From an uncultured delta proteobacterium (lineage in GTDB: Bacteria > Desulfobacterota > Desulfobacteria > Desulfobacterales > JAHEIW01), in the NCBI GenBank assembly GCA_963706575.1, contig CAVPNL010000015.1, positions 64,001-128,000 on the forward strand: a stretch of DNA of 64,000 nt, in the 5' to 3' direction. The position numbers and the translations under genes were made by a program. The notes below the pieces were generated by a model. It was given only the letters and a program-made list of their open reading frames with translations. It was not told the origin of the DNA and did no database searches. How positions within the stretch are numbered: position 1 is the first letter of the stretch; each line of letters opens with the position of its first letter. Shown piece after piece: positions 1-9,620 of this stretch.

Positions 1-96
1 TGACACCCGTCAGCAATGGCTTCGCCAAGTTGCGATTCACTCCCGCCTGATCATGTTGAGCAAATTGCCAAAAACGAAAAGTAGATCTGTCACCTT

Positions 97-480
97 TTAT
101 AAAAGCCTTGCCATGCAGGTTATCTCCACACGGCTCCCGTGAAATAGTCGCGGGGACTCCGTGGTTGTCCTTGCTGGGTAATGGCCGTGTTCGAAAAACT
201 TCTGGTAGGCGTCGTCCATTGTGTCGAAGTCCTCAAGGCTTGCGAGATGCACGTCAGTTCGCACAATGCGATCCATTTCAAGTCCAATCTCCTTCAACAT
301 GCTGCGAATGGCAGTCAACACAACGCGGGTTTCCGCTCCCACGTCTCCGAGCGCCGTTTTACCTTCAGGAAAATCAGCAGCCACCAAACCCGCAAAATGA
401 GCATAAGTGTCGTCCATTACAACTTGGCTAAAAGGGGCTGTCGACTCGGGAACGGCCATTGGTTGAATGTGACGAATCAT
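97..480 (-). CDS. RidA/YjgF/UK114 family protein (enamine/imine deaminase-like)
   Basis: 127 aa; APFSQVV, YPARTT and RVEITCMA motifs typical of the Rid family; AGGAGG RBS upstream. Confidence 0.85.
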   Translation of the reverse strand: MIRHIQPMAVPESTAPFSQVVMDDTYAHFAGLVAADFPEGKTALGDVGAETRVVLTAIRSMLKEIGLEMDRIVRTDVHLASLEDFDTMDDAYQKFFEHGHYPARTTTESPRLFHGSRVEITCMARLL

Positions 481-706
481 CTGTCCTCCTTTATTAAAAA
501 TTTTGGTAAATATTCGTTTTTTGGGGCAGAAACATAGAGTAGGTCACCTTGTTTGTCAAATAAGAAGAAAACAAAATTGCACTTTGAGTCTTGTGTGAAT
601 AATGGGAAAAGAGTATAGGAGAGCTAAAACTCGCTCTCATTTTCTTGACTGATTTGTCCACAATAATTTGAAAACCTACAGCTCTTTTATCACTTAAGAG
701 GTTCTT

Positions 707-1735
707 ATGATAGTTAGTCATTCGCGATTAAAGGATATTTATACAGCGTGTTTTACGAAAGCCGGAATTCCAAGGAGCGAATCGGACATATTAACTCGTT
801 GTTATATGAATGCCGACCTGCGTGGTGTCCATTCCCAAGGCATTTGCTTTCTTCCCACAACATGCCGATCGGTGCTTGAGGGTTCTATGGTTTCAGGCAC
901 ATCTTTGGAGACGGTAAATGAAGGCGCTTGTTTCGCACTGATGGATGGTAACAATGGATTGGGCCCTGTAATTGCGACAAGGGGAATGAATTTTGCTATT
1001 GAAAAGGCCCTCTCGCAGGGTCTGGGCTGTATCGTCATTCGTAACGCCAATGATCTCAGCATGCTGGCCAACTATACGATGCAGGCGATTGCGCACGATT
1101 GTATCGGCATTGCGATGACACAGGGCGCTGCAAAGGTTGCGCCATGGGGCGGCCGAGAACCATTTTTCTCGACCAATCCGATATCCATCGCCATACCGGC
1201 CAACAAAAAATATCCAATAGTTCTTGACATGGCGACCAGCGTTGTCGCCGCGGGCAAAATATCGCAAGCCGCTGACAACCGCGAAACGATTCCTGAAGGC
1301 TGGGCCATGGACGCCTCGGGTCAAACCACCACCGATCCCAATGAAGCGATAAAAGGAGCGCTGCTTTCACTGGGGGGCTATAAGGGATTTGGTTTGGCGA
1401 TTATGGTGGATGTATTAAGCGGGGTGCTTGCCGGCATGTCCATGACCCGTGACGCCAAAGCAAAGCGGCCCTGGAACGCGGGGCAGTTCTTTTTGGCCAT
1501 ACATGTTGAGAGTTTCGTGCCGAAGGATTCCTTCAAAGACGCCATTGATGAGTTCATTGTAGATATAAAATCCTGTCGGACCAGACCTGGATTTTCTGAG
1601 ATCAAAATGCCGGGCGAACGCGGATGTCAGGCGACGGAGAAAAGCCGGGACGCCGGTGTCGAGATCCCCGATTTTTTGTGGCAAGATGTTATTGAATTGA
1701 CCGACGAGCTGAACGTGGCCATTCAATCTATTTAA
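707..1735 (+). CDS. Ldh_2 family oxidoreductase (malate/L-lactate/ureidoglycolate dehydrogenase-like)
   Basis: 342 aa; ADLRG, DGNNGLG, TNPISIAIP, LDMATS, GGYKGFGL and MPGE motifs. Confidence 0.85.
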   Translation: MIVSHSRLKDIYTACFTKAGIPRSESDILTRCYMNADLRGVHSQGICFLPTTCRSVLEGSMVSGTSLETVNEGACFALMDGNNGLGPVIATRGMNFAIEKALSQGLGCIVIRNANDLSMLANYTMQAIAHDCIGIAMTQGAAKVAPWGGREPFFSTNPISIAIPANKKYPIVLDMATSVVAAGKISQAADNRETIPEGWAMDASGQTTTDPNEAIKGALLSLGGYKGFGLAIMVDVLSGVLAGMSMTRDAKAKRPWNAGQFFLAIHVESFVPKDSFKDAIDEFIVDIKSCRTRPGFSEIKMPGERGCQATEKSRDAGVEIPDFLWQDVIELTDELNVAIQSI

Positions 1736-1871
1736 CGAAGAGCTCCCTCGGAAAATTGACGAACGTTTCACAACCGTTATCTGTAACCCGTATCGGTTCG
1801 CTGCATTCGAAGCCAAACTCATCCAGCCAAATGCCGGGCATCAGATGGAGGGTCATATTGGGTTTCAAAAC
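1728..1871 (-). pseudogene. 3' relic of an M24-family hydrolase (ectoine hydrolase/creatinase-like C-terminus)
   Basis: Manual translation gives VLKPNMTLHLMPGIWLDEFGFECSEPIRVTDNGCETFVNFPRELFVK*; in-frame TAA TAG immediately upstream and no 5' part. Confidence 0.7.
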
Positions 1872-1934
1872 CTATTAGTTGATATTGATCATTAATAACC
1901 ACCTAAGTCACTAACCAAGCATAGGAGGAAAGAT

Positions 1935-3122
1935 ATGACTTTTAAAGGAGCCTTGTTTATGAGCCCGGAAAGGGTGATTTTCGGGTGTGGGGTGGTCGAT
2001 GATATCGGTACCTACGTAAAACAGCTCGGAGGAATAAAGCCCTTTATCGCCACCGATAAGATAATTTCCGCCATCGCCGCTTTCCAACATATCGAAAATT
2101 CTTTGAAAAAGGATAATATTGACTACCATCTGTATACGGATTGCGATGTCAATCCGACCGACATGCAAATTGAAAACGGATGTAAAATTTACAAAGAGGC
2201 AAAATGCGATGTCATCATTGGTGTGGGCGGCGGCAGCAACTTGGACACCGCCAAATCGATCGGAATAATTGCTACGAATTCCGGCTCAATTCGGGATAAT
2301 TTTGTTACAAGTTATGTAACCGATCCCTATGACACGCCCAATAAAAATGCAACACCACCCATGATTATGGTTCCAACAACCGCCGGAACGGGCAGTGAGG
2401 TAGGCGCCTGGACAGTAGTGACCAATACGGCTGAAAATTATAAAGGCTTTTGCGGCGGATGGATGTGCCTCCCCAAAATCGCTTTATTGGATCCGCTGAT
2501 GACCGTAAGCATGCCGCCGAAATTGACCGCATCAACCGGTTTCGATGCTTTGATCCATGGCATTGAAGCCTATTACCATCGCTATAAAATGCCGCAAACA
2601 GACCTGTATGCGATTTCGGCGATCAAACGAATTTTTAAATACCTGGGTCGAGCCATTGCCAACGGTCGTGATATAGAAGCAAGAGAGCAGATGCTTCTGG
2701 GGGCCATGGAAGCCGGTTTTGCCATGAACACCGGATGTGCTTTGATCCACTCCTCCGGCCTGCAATTAACCTCCAAATTCGGCCTCAGTCATGGTGAAAC
2801 CCTGGCCATCATGGCAGGTCCGGTGATGAGGTTCAATACCATGGCTTGTGTGGACCGGATGATCGATATTGCTAAAGCAATGGCAGAAAATGTTCGCGGA
2901 TTAGGCAAGCTCGACGCCGCCTATAAGGCTGCTGAAGCCGTTCAAAAATATGCTCAATCCATTGAAGTGCCGGTCCATTTGACCAAGGAGATTCATGATC
3001 CGTCCGTGATCCCACATATGGCCCAAAACGCCATATCCAACGACAACACGTATGGGAATCCGCGCATCCCCACCCTGGAACAATTGGAAGCGCTTTACAG
3101 GCAAGCGTATAGTGATCTTTGA
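1935..3122 (+). CDS. Iron-containing alcohol dehydrogenase (Fe-ADH family)
   Basis: 395 aa; GGGSNLDTAK, PTTAGTGSE, DALIHGIEAY and H...SHG metal-binding motifs. Confidence 0.9.
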   Translation: MTFKGALFMSPERVIFGCGVVDDIGTYVKQLGGIKPFIATDKIISAIAAFQHIENSLKKDNIDYHLYTDCDVNPTDMQIENGCKIYKEAKCDVIIGVGGGSNLDTAKSIGIIATNSGSIRDNFVTSYVTDPYDTPNKNATPPMIMVPTTAGTGSEVGAWTVVTNTAENYKGFCGGWMCLPKIALLDPLMTVSMPPKLTASTGFDALIHGIEAYYHRYKMPQTDLYAISAIKRIFKYLGRAIANGRDIEAREQMLLGAMEAGFAMNTGCALIHSSGLQLTSKFGLSHGETLAIMAGPVMRFNTMACVDRMIDIAKAMAENVRGLGKLDAAYKAAEAVQKYAQSIEVPVHLTKEIHDPSVIPHMAQNAISNDNTYGNPRIPTLEQLEALYRQAYSDL

Positions 3123-3382
3123 CATTCCCATAATTTCGATGAATGCTAAATTTCATTGATATACATATTATCCAAACGACAAGCTTATTGAATACAAAAT
3201 GGCATAACCACTTTTAAATTATATAATGCAATATGAAAAATAGATGAATGATGGGTTTCGGCTATAAGACTAAAATCGTACAGTATTTAACCTTCCATCT
3301 TCACATCTAAAATATTTTTAGATCCTTCAATTTCGGCACAGGCACGACATCCCGCATATAATGCAAGTCAAAGCCTTTTATA

Positions 3383-3727
3383 TTAGCAGGTACTACCATT
3401 CCAGCCAAACATAGAAGGTTGCATATCGATCAGGCGATGGTATTGACGATCCGGTACTACGCCCAGTTCCGTTTGCACGAACTCCGTTAGGGTTTTTACA
3501 AACTCCGCGGCCTGCTCCTGTGGAAAAGCGAACAGTTTTAACTGAATATATGCGGTTGGTTCCGTGCTGTCGTCGATCATCAGATGGGCACCGGGATTGA
3601 TGAGCACCATGATCGAACTTTTGGGTTTGTCCAGCATATTCGCCAGCAGATCGGTGGCTTTGTGCAGGAGCGCAGTGCAATGTTCGGGCGTGATGCTTTG
3701 ATTGGTATCTAATGTTAATATCGGCAA
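3383..3727 (-). CDS. MIF/phenylpyruvate tautomerase-like protein
   Basis: 114 aa with N-terminal Pro after a TTG start; KPKSSIMV and C-terminal GWNG; AGGAGG RBS. Confidence 0.8.
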   Translation of the reverse strand: MPILTLDTNQSITPEHCTALLHKATDLLANMLDKPKSSIMVLINPGAHLMIDDSTEPTAYIQLKLFAFPQEQAAEFVKTLTEFVQTELGVVPDRQYHRLIDMQPSMFGWNGSTC

Positions 3728-3793
3728 TTTGACACCTCCTTAGATCAAGATGACGGGGATGTCATCGGGTTGGTTACAATAGAACGGCCACTT

Positions 3794-4753
3794 CTAACCA
3801 ACCACTTTCAGCTTCGGTTGGATGGGCTGGGGGTCGTAGCCGCTGTCGGCGGTGATGCAAGACACCCCTTCAGCGGTTATCAGATCCCGCAACGTCTCCA
3901 TATGGGCGTCATCCGGGGGATTGATATGATGCAGTTTGTAATCCAGTCCAAGCGCAGTATATTTGGAGAGACCTAATTTGTGATACGGCAGAATTTCAAT
4001 GCCTAACGCACCGGGAAGATGGTCACGAACAAATTTGGCGGTGGCCTTGATGTTCTCTGTGCTGTCATTGATGGACGGTATGACCGGAATTCTGATCACC
4101 ATGGGAATATCAAGCGCTGCAATTTTTTTGGCATTTTCAAGAATTCTCTTATTGGCACCGCCCGTAATTGCTTTATGGGTTTTGTCATCCATGTGTTTGA
4201 TATCAAACAAGACAAAATCAGCCAGCCTGACGGTATCTTCTACAGCTTCCCAGCTAAAAAACCCGCAGGTTTCGATGGCAGCGTGAATCCCCAATTCCTG
4301 GCATCCTTCGATAACTGCTTTCAAGAAATCCGGCTGGGTTAAGGGTTCGCCGCCACTGAAGGTGACACCCCCGGAAGACTTTCGATAAAAAACCATATCT
4401 TTTTTTATGATCTGTATCAGCTGGGTCGCTGACAGTTCTTCCCCCAGCCAGGCACGGGCACCCGAATGACAGACCTCGATGCATTTGCCGCACTGGATAC
4501 ATATACCGCCTGAAAATGCGCCCTCTTTTGCAGGGATGGCAACGTCCTCAGGACATTCCCGGGCGCAGGCATGGCATTCGACACACCTCGAGGGGAAGAT
4601 CCCGATTTGCGGCAGACGATCCTGAGATTCGGGATTCGCGCACCAGGGACAATGCAACGGGCAGCCTTTTAAAAAGACCACTGTTCGGGTACCCGGTCCG
4701 TCCGACACCGACCAGCGCTGGATTTCTATGACTACATTTTTCACTTTAGACAA
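3794..4753 (-). CDS. Glycyl-radical enzyme activating enzyme (radical SAM with 2x[4Fe-4S] insert)
   Basis: DGPGTRTVVFLKGCPLHCPWCANPESQ; two CxxCxxCxxxC motifs; GGVTFSGGEP; directly downstream of the GRE gene. Confidence 0.95.
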   Translation of the reverse strand: MSKVKNVVIEIQRWSVSDGPGTRTVVFLKGCPLHCPWCANPESQDRLPQIGIFPSRCVECHACARECPEDVAIPAKEGAFSGGICIQCGKCIEVCHSGARAWLGEELSATQLIQIIKKDMVFYRKSSGGVTFSGGEPLTQPDFLKAVIEGCQELGIHAAIETCGFFSWEAVEDTVRLADFVLFDIKHMDDKTHKAITGGANKRILENAKKIAALDIPMVIRIPVIPSINDSTENIKATAKFVRDHLPGALGIEILPYHKLGLSKYTALGLDYKLHHINPPDDAHMETLRDLITAEGVSCITADSGYDPQPIQPKLKVVG

Positions 4754-4799
4754 TTAACTATAACCGATCTTAATCTGCCTCAGTGCGGATTAACACCAA

Positions 4800-4930
4800 A
4801 TGAGCTAAAATTAAAAATGATCTAAAATGCCTAAAATTACAGTCTCGCTGCGCTCCATCTACTATTATAAAAATGACAGAATTCCTCAATTTTAGGCATT
4901 TTAGCTCATTTTAGGCACTTTAGGCACTGC
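4800..4930. repeat. Short degenerate 9-10 bp tandem repeats in two inverted blocks (GCCTAAAAT / ATTTTAGGC)
   Basis: tgagctaaaa..tgatctaaaatgcctaaaat on the left; ttttaggcattttagctcattttaggcactttaggcact on the right. Confidence 0.7.
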
Positions 4931-4992
4931 TAACTTACCAGCACCTCTGGAACTTATTTCTCTGTCATCCAAAATAGACTATTAATTTGGAA

Positions 4993-7422
4993 TCAAAGAC
5001 TTTCATGCGTGGTGCGGCGAATAATCTCGTTTTGCACTTCCTTGGAAAGATCATTAAAAATGGCGCAATAGCCCGCGACACGGACCACCAAATCACGATA
5101 GTTATCCGGATTCTTTTGGGCATCCCGCAGGGTCTCCGGGCTGATGACGTTAAACTGGCAGTGATAGCCGCCGAGTTCAAAATAGGATCGAATCAGATTG
5201 GCCATGCCGGCCAGGCCACGATTGCCCTCGATGGCAGAAGGCAGCAGCTTGAGATTCAGCAGGGTTCCACCGGGATGTAATTCGTGGTTGACTTTTGCTT
5301 CGGAGCGCATGGCCGCAGTGGGTCCACTGGTATCGGTTCCCGGGTGAGGGGAGCAGCCTTCGGCCAGCGGATGGGTTGCTTTACGCCCGCAGGGAAGCGC
5401 ACCCACCACCGAACCGGTGGGAATATTATAGGTCAGCCCCATAATCGCGCTATGGAAGGGGTTGCCCAACGAATCTTTGTAGCGGCTCAGCCCTTTATCA
5501 TTATAGTCCGTCATTTCGACCTGGAGACGATCGACATAATCATCATCATTGCCGAACTTGGGAGAATTCTTGAGCAATTGCTGAATTTCTTCATGGCCGA
5601 CAAAATCGTCGTCCAGGGCCTTAACCAGCTGGTCCATGGTGATGTTCTTTTCCTCAAACACATTCTTTTTAATGGCCGCCAGGCCGTTGGCACAGTCGGC
5701 TGCGCCCACGACAATCCAACCCGGACCGACATTATAGCGGGCACCGCCGTTTACCAGGTCTTTGCCGCTTTCCATGCAGCCTTCGACCAGAAGAGAAAGA
5801 TAGGGACGATGAACCATTTTGCGATGCAGTTTGTGCTCAATCACGGTCGAAACCGCACAGTGTTTCATAATGTGGTCGACTTGCTCAAAAAAAGTTTCTT
5901 TAAGCTCTTCGAAAGAAGTAAACTCACGCGGGTCTCTGGTGGGCAAACCCATTTGTTTACCGGTGAGGCGGCTGCGGCCCTGATTGAGTGTCCATTCCAG
6001 GGCGGCTGCCATGTTGTAGCCACCCGCATCCGTCCACTCATAAACCTTGCGGTGATGGGGTACAACACAGCCGAGCAACGTCCACTCCCGGGCATCGTCG
6101 GGCCGCAATCCGGCATACATCATCATCTGGGTACCCACCTGATCATTGTGAAAGGCCGGGAAGCCGATACCTTTACGGGAGAGGCGGCAGCAGGCCAGTA
6201 AAAATTCTTGCGGCGTATCCGGTTGAATAATGACACTCAGGGAGGGTTGCGGCAGGGCAACCTGGGATGTGGCCTCGACAGCCATGAAACTGACATCATT
6301 TACGGCATCGCTGCCATCAATGTTGCGACCGCCGACACTCAGATTGGTAAAACCACTGTAGCCGGCATAATATCGACTGCCATTCTGGGGCAAGAGCCAG
6401 ATGAGTTCGGCAATTTTTATCCAGATGCAGTTAATAATTTCCTGTGCAAATTCTTTTTTTATACTGTCTGTTTCCAGATCGGCTTGAAAAAACGGATTCA
6501 TATACATGTCAAAGCGCCCGATATTGAAGGCCGGGCAGTTTTCGGAAAGAAAGCAACCCAGCATCACAAACCACAGCATTTGCCCGGCTTCCCAGAAGTT
6601 ACGTGGTGAATATTCCGGTACCCGGCGGCAGTTTGCCGCAATGGTTTCCAGTTCCTTTTTGCGCCCGGGATCCTGTTCTTTTTTGGCCATGTCCGCTGCA
6701 TACTCAGCATAGCGTTTTCCTAACGTAATAATCCCCTCACAGGCCTCGATGGCTGCTTTGTAGTAATCGATTTTATCAAGGTCTTCGTCATTGGTATATT
6801 TTAAGGTTTTCAGTTTTTCTTTGGCTTCATCACAGATAGCCCGAAATCCTTTCGGAAAAATGATATCCTGAAAATCGGGGGTAATTTCACCGACATGACT
6901 GCGCCATTTCATTTCGGTATCAAGAATATCCGTATCCACACCAATTTTGAGGGTGTCTTCAGGGAACCGTGCCAGGGCGTTCTCTTCAAGGGATTTTCCT
7001 TGCCAGTAAGGAATAATTTCTTCAACAAACAGGCGTTCTTGTTCCGGGTCTATATAATAGGGGTCGCGAGGTCTTGTTTGAACGGTGTCCAGCTCTTTGG
7101 CAAGCCACTTCCAAGAAATTTCAGGGACCAGGGCGCCCATTCGGCGTGCAGAGCCGTGGGTTCCCACGATTAATTCGTCGTCAAATATATTGAGAGTTAT
7201 GGTTTCACACGCCAAACGAAAGGCCTTGGCCAGGCGCACCGTCGTGGCTTGGCCTTCGGTTTCTTTGTAAGAGCGGGTAAACGCCAGGGCCCGCTCCATA
7301 CATATCGCCGGCTTTGAATCCAAATAGGCGTTTTTTAAACGCTGGGTTCTCGTTTCCTCCTTAAAAACACTCGACGATTCACTCGTATCATACGTTAAAT
7401 CAATGGCTTCCTGTGCTGGCAT
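4993..7422 (-). CDS. Glycyl radical enzyme (PFL2/CutC-related), substrate unknown
   Basis: ~809 aa from ATG 7422 (AGGAGG RBS); Gly loop RVAGY, Cys loop LLGCVVP, GRFD, YYAGY and PKFGNDD. Confidence 0.93.
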   Translation of the reverse strand: MPAQEAIDLTYDTSESSSVFKEETRTQRLKNAYLDSKPAICMERALAFTRSYKETEGQATTVRLAKAFRLACETITLNIFDDELIVGTHGSARRMGALVPEISWKWLAKELDTVQTRPRDPYYIDPEQERLFVEEIIPYWQGKSLEENALARFPEDTLKIGVDTDILDTEMKWRSHVGEITPDFQDIIFPKGFRAICDEAKEKLKTLKYTNDEDLDKIDYYKAAIEACEGIITLGKRYAEYAADMAKKEQDPGRKKELETIAANCRRVPEYSPRNFWEAGQMLWFVMLGCFLSENCPAFNIGRFDMYMNPFFQADLETDSIKKEFAQEIINCIWIKIAELIWLLPQNGSRYYAGYSGFTNLSVGGRNIDGSDAVNDVSFMAVEATSQVALPQPSLSVIIQPDTPQEFLLACCRLSRKGIGFPAFHNDQVGTQMMMYAGLRPDDAREWTLLGCVVPHHRKVYEWTDAGGYNMAAALEWTLNQGRSRLTGKQMGLPTRDPREFTSFEELKETFFEQVDHIMKHCAVSTVIEHKLHRKMVHRPYLSLLVEGCMESGKDLVNGGARYNVGPGWIVVGAADCANGLAAIKKNVFEEKNITMDQLVKALDDDFVGHEEIQQLLKNSPKFGNDDDYVDRLQVEMTDYNDKGLSRYKDSLGNPFHSAIMGLTYNIPTGSVVGALPCGRKATHPLAEGCSPHPGTDTSGPTAAMRSEAKVNHELHPGGTLLNLKLLPSAIEGNRGLAGMANLIRSYFELGGYHCQFNVISPETLRDAQKNPDNYRDLVVRVAGYCAIFNDLSKEVQNEIIRRTTHESL

Positions 7423-7460
7423 GGCTAACCTCCTTTGCATGAAGATTTTAGGCTTTTATA

Positions 7461-7492
7461 CTTGTATACAAGAATACAGGTTGGCCTGTCAA
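7461..7492 (-). promoter_or_regulatory. Putative sigma70 promoter of the GRE operon with an overlapping palindromic operator CTTGTATACAAG
   Basis: TTGACA at 7492-7487 on the minus strand; perfect 12 bp palindrome at 7461-7472 resembling GntR-family operators. Confidence 0.55.
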
Positions 7493-7536
7493 GCCATTTT
7501 TGTACAAATTCCGACGAAAGTGCCGAATTCCAAAAA

Positions 7537-7617
7537 CTATGGATCTAAATCATCATTGACCACCCAGGAATGGATGATATGTTCTTTATCGAGGCTTTAG
7601 ATTTCAATGCTGTCCAT
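7537..7617 (-). pseudogene. 5' relic of a class-III aminotransferase-like gene
   Basis: GAGGAG RBS, then MDSIEI*SLDKEHIIHSWVVNDDLDP*; resembles the N-terminus (D..H..HSW) of omega-amine/taurine-type aminotransferases; one internal TAA. Confidence 0.5.
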
Positions 7618-7690
7618 TTCATTTCTCCTCTGCAAATTGCTTTTATAGATTGCGATAATCGCGCATCTGCTGGTATATACGGGTATTGAA

Positions 7691-7943
7691 TAGAAGTGGT
7701 TTCAAAACCCCATCTAAGGCCCCATGGCTGCGTTGCCCCGCAAGCGGGATTCGCATCTAATTTTTTAGATTAGGGTGCAGCACAGGCCTCCGATAAATGC
7801 TCACATACCCAAAGTATGCTGAGAACAACGACTTTCCCGATCGGCCTGACGCCTTGATGCATACCTTAATTTGTTTAGATCAGACATGTAATCCCGCTTA
7901 GCGGGGCCCTTGAACCTGATCTGAGATTTTGAAACCACTTCTA
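7691..7943. mobile_element. MITE family A copy 1
   Basis: Perfect 17 bp terminal inverted repeat TAGAAGTGGTTTCAAAA...TTTTGAAACCACTTCTA; interior shared with copies at 9413, 25269 and 41188, plus extra CCCGC..GCGGG palindromes. Confidence 0.85.
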
Positions 7944-8002
7944 ACAAAAAGCCGGTCATATAACAATTTCATGGCATATCCAGCTGAACAAGAGGAGTTC
8001 AA

Positions 8003-9415
8003 ATGACGGATTGGGATGAAAAAACAGATATAATCGTTATCGGCAGCGGCTTGGCCGGGTTGGCTGCAGCCATCGAAGCCGCTCATGCCGGCGCTTCAGT
8101 TATCGTTTTTGAAAAAATGAAAGTGATCGGCGGCAACACCCGCATCAGCGACGGGGCCTTAGCGGCACCTGGCAACTACTTGCAAAAAAAGCTCGGGATA
8201 GAGGATTCGCCGGAATTGTTTTATGATGATATGCTACGCGCTGGTTTGAACCTGAATCATCCGCAACTCGTAAGAATCTTCGCTGAAAGAGCGGCAGAAA
8301 CCATAGAGTGGACCCGCAAAGAACTGGGCGTGAAATACATGGATCGATTGGACCGATTCGGCGGGCATTCTGTGGCCCGCAGCCTAACCACAAAGAGCCA
8401 TTTGGGAGTGGATATTATCAAAGCACAGACGGCTAAACTGAGTGAACTGGATGTCGAAATCCGCACCCGCTGCCTGCTGACGGGCTTCATCGTTGACAGT
8501 AAGGAAACAGCCATATGCGGCGTTAACATCCGGGTCGGTTACCATTTCCCAGATGAAAACAGCGGAACCGAAAAAAAAATTGGCGCCAATCGTGCCGTCA
8601 TTTTGGCCACAGGTGGATTCGGCAATGACCTGCCATTTTGCAGACTTCAGCGCCCGGGGTTAGATGAATCTATTCAATCAACCAACCAGCGGGGGGCGAC
8701 TGCAGAGGGAATGGTTGCGGCTTTAAGTGTGGGGGCCCTTCCCGTTCATCTTTCCTGGATTCAAATGGGACCATGGGGCTGCCCGGATGAAAAGGCATAC
8801 GGCAAAGGGGCCCGTTTTGCCTCCTACAGCGTGTACCCGGCGGGTATACTTATCGACCCGGCGACCGGTTGCCGGTTTGTCAATGAATGGGGGGATCGCC
8901 GCGAACGGTCCGAAGCCATGTTGCGCGCCGGTCAGGCCTGTATTGGAATTGTTGACAGCAATGGCGCGCAAAAGGATGCGGAGAGCCTCAAAGATTGCCT
9001 CAAAAATGGAAGGGTGAAAGGGTTCGAAAATTTGTCGGATCTGGCCGAAGCCTACGGGATTCCGTTCTCTGCCTTAAACCATACGCTCATTGATTATAAT
9101 AAAGCTATTTTGGAAGGCCAGCCGGACGCCTTCGGGAAGCCTCTTGGCCAGGATACCCCGCCATTGAAAAAGCCGCCATTTTACGCCATGAGGCTCTGGC
9201 CCAAACTGCATTACACACCGGGCGGCATCGGAATTAATTCGAAAGCTCAAGTGATCGACCTAAAGGGCCAACCGATCCGACGCCTATTTGCAGCCGGCGA
9301 AGTATGCGGCGGTATCCACGGCGCCAGTCGTTTGAGTAGTTGCGCCCTAACCGAATGCCTCATATTCGGGCGTATTGCCGGTCAGGAGGCCGCTTCCGTC
9401 AAGCCGCGGTCTTAG
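8003..9415 (+). CDS. Flavocytochrome c flavin subunit-like FAD oxidoreductase (no heme motifs or signal peptide)
   Basis: IGSGLAGLAAA, GGHSVAR, LATGGF, HYTPGG and AAGEVCGGIHGASRL motifs. Confidence 0.88.
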   Translation: MTDWDEKTDIIVIGSGLAGLAAAIEAAHAGASVIVFEKMKVIGGNTRISDGALAAPGNYLQKKLGIEDSPELFYDDMLRAGLNLNHPQLVRIFAERAAETIEWTRKELGVKYMDRLDRFGGHSVARSLTTKSHLGVDIIKAQTAKLSELDVEIRTRCLLTGFIVDSKETAICGVNIRVGYHFPDENSGTEKKIGANRAVILATGGFGNDLPFCRLQRPGLDESIQSTNQRGATAEGMVAALSVGALPVHLSWIQMGPWGCPDEKAYGKGARFASYSVYPAGILIDPATGCRFVNEWGDRRERSEAMLRAGQACIGIVDSNGAQKDAESLKDCLKNGRVKGFENLSDLAEAYGIPFSALNHTLIDYNKAILEGQPDAFGKPLGQDTPPLKKPPFYAMRLWPKLHYTPGGIGINSKAQVIDLKGQPIRRLFAAGEVCGGIHGASRLSSCALTECLIFGRIAGQEAASVKPRS

Positions 9416-9560
9416 AAGTGGTTTCAAAACCCCATCTAAGGCCCAATGGCTGCGTTGCAGTCCTTCGGTAAATGCTCACATACGCCATGTATGCTGCGCT
9501 TTCCCGATCGGCCTGACGCCTTGCCCTTGAACCTGATCTGAGGTTTTGAAACCACTTCTA
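9413..9560. mobile_element. MITE family A copy 2 (148 bp)
   Basis: Same TIRs as 7691-7943; its left end forms the TAG stop of the upstream gene. Confidence 0.85.
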
Positions 9561-9620
9561 GAGAAGTTTTTAAGGAAAGCAAAATGAATAATAACAGATT
9601 GTGGAGGTATTTGGGTCATT

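Noticed and set aside
4800..4930. CRISPR array or iterons in the short repeats (also 19400-19445 and 32695-32835)
   Set aside because: Units are 7-10 bp, degenerate and without unique spacers; no cas or rep genes are present.
5284..6201. Long antisense ORFs (5284-6201, 49455-50261, 61001-62125 and similar)
   Set aside because: They are shadows of well-supported genes on the opposite strand, with no motifs of their own.
4993..7422. Calling the GRE cutC or pflB
   Set aside because: It lacks the CutC CVE glutamate and microcompartment genes, and lacks the PFL Cys-Cys pair.
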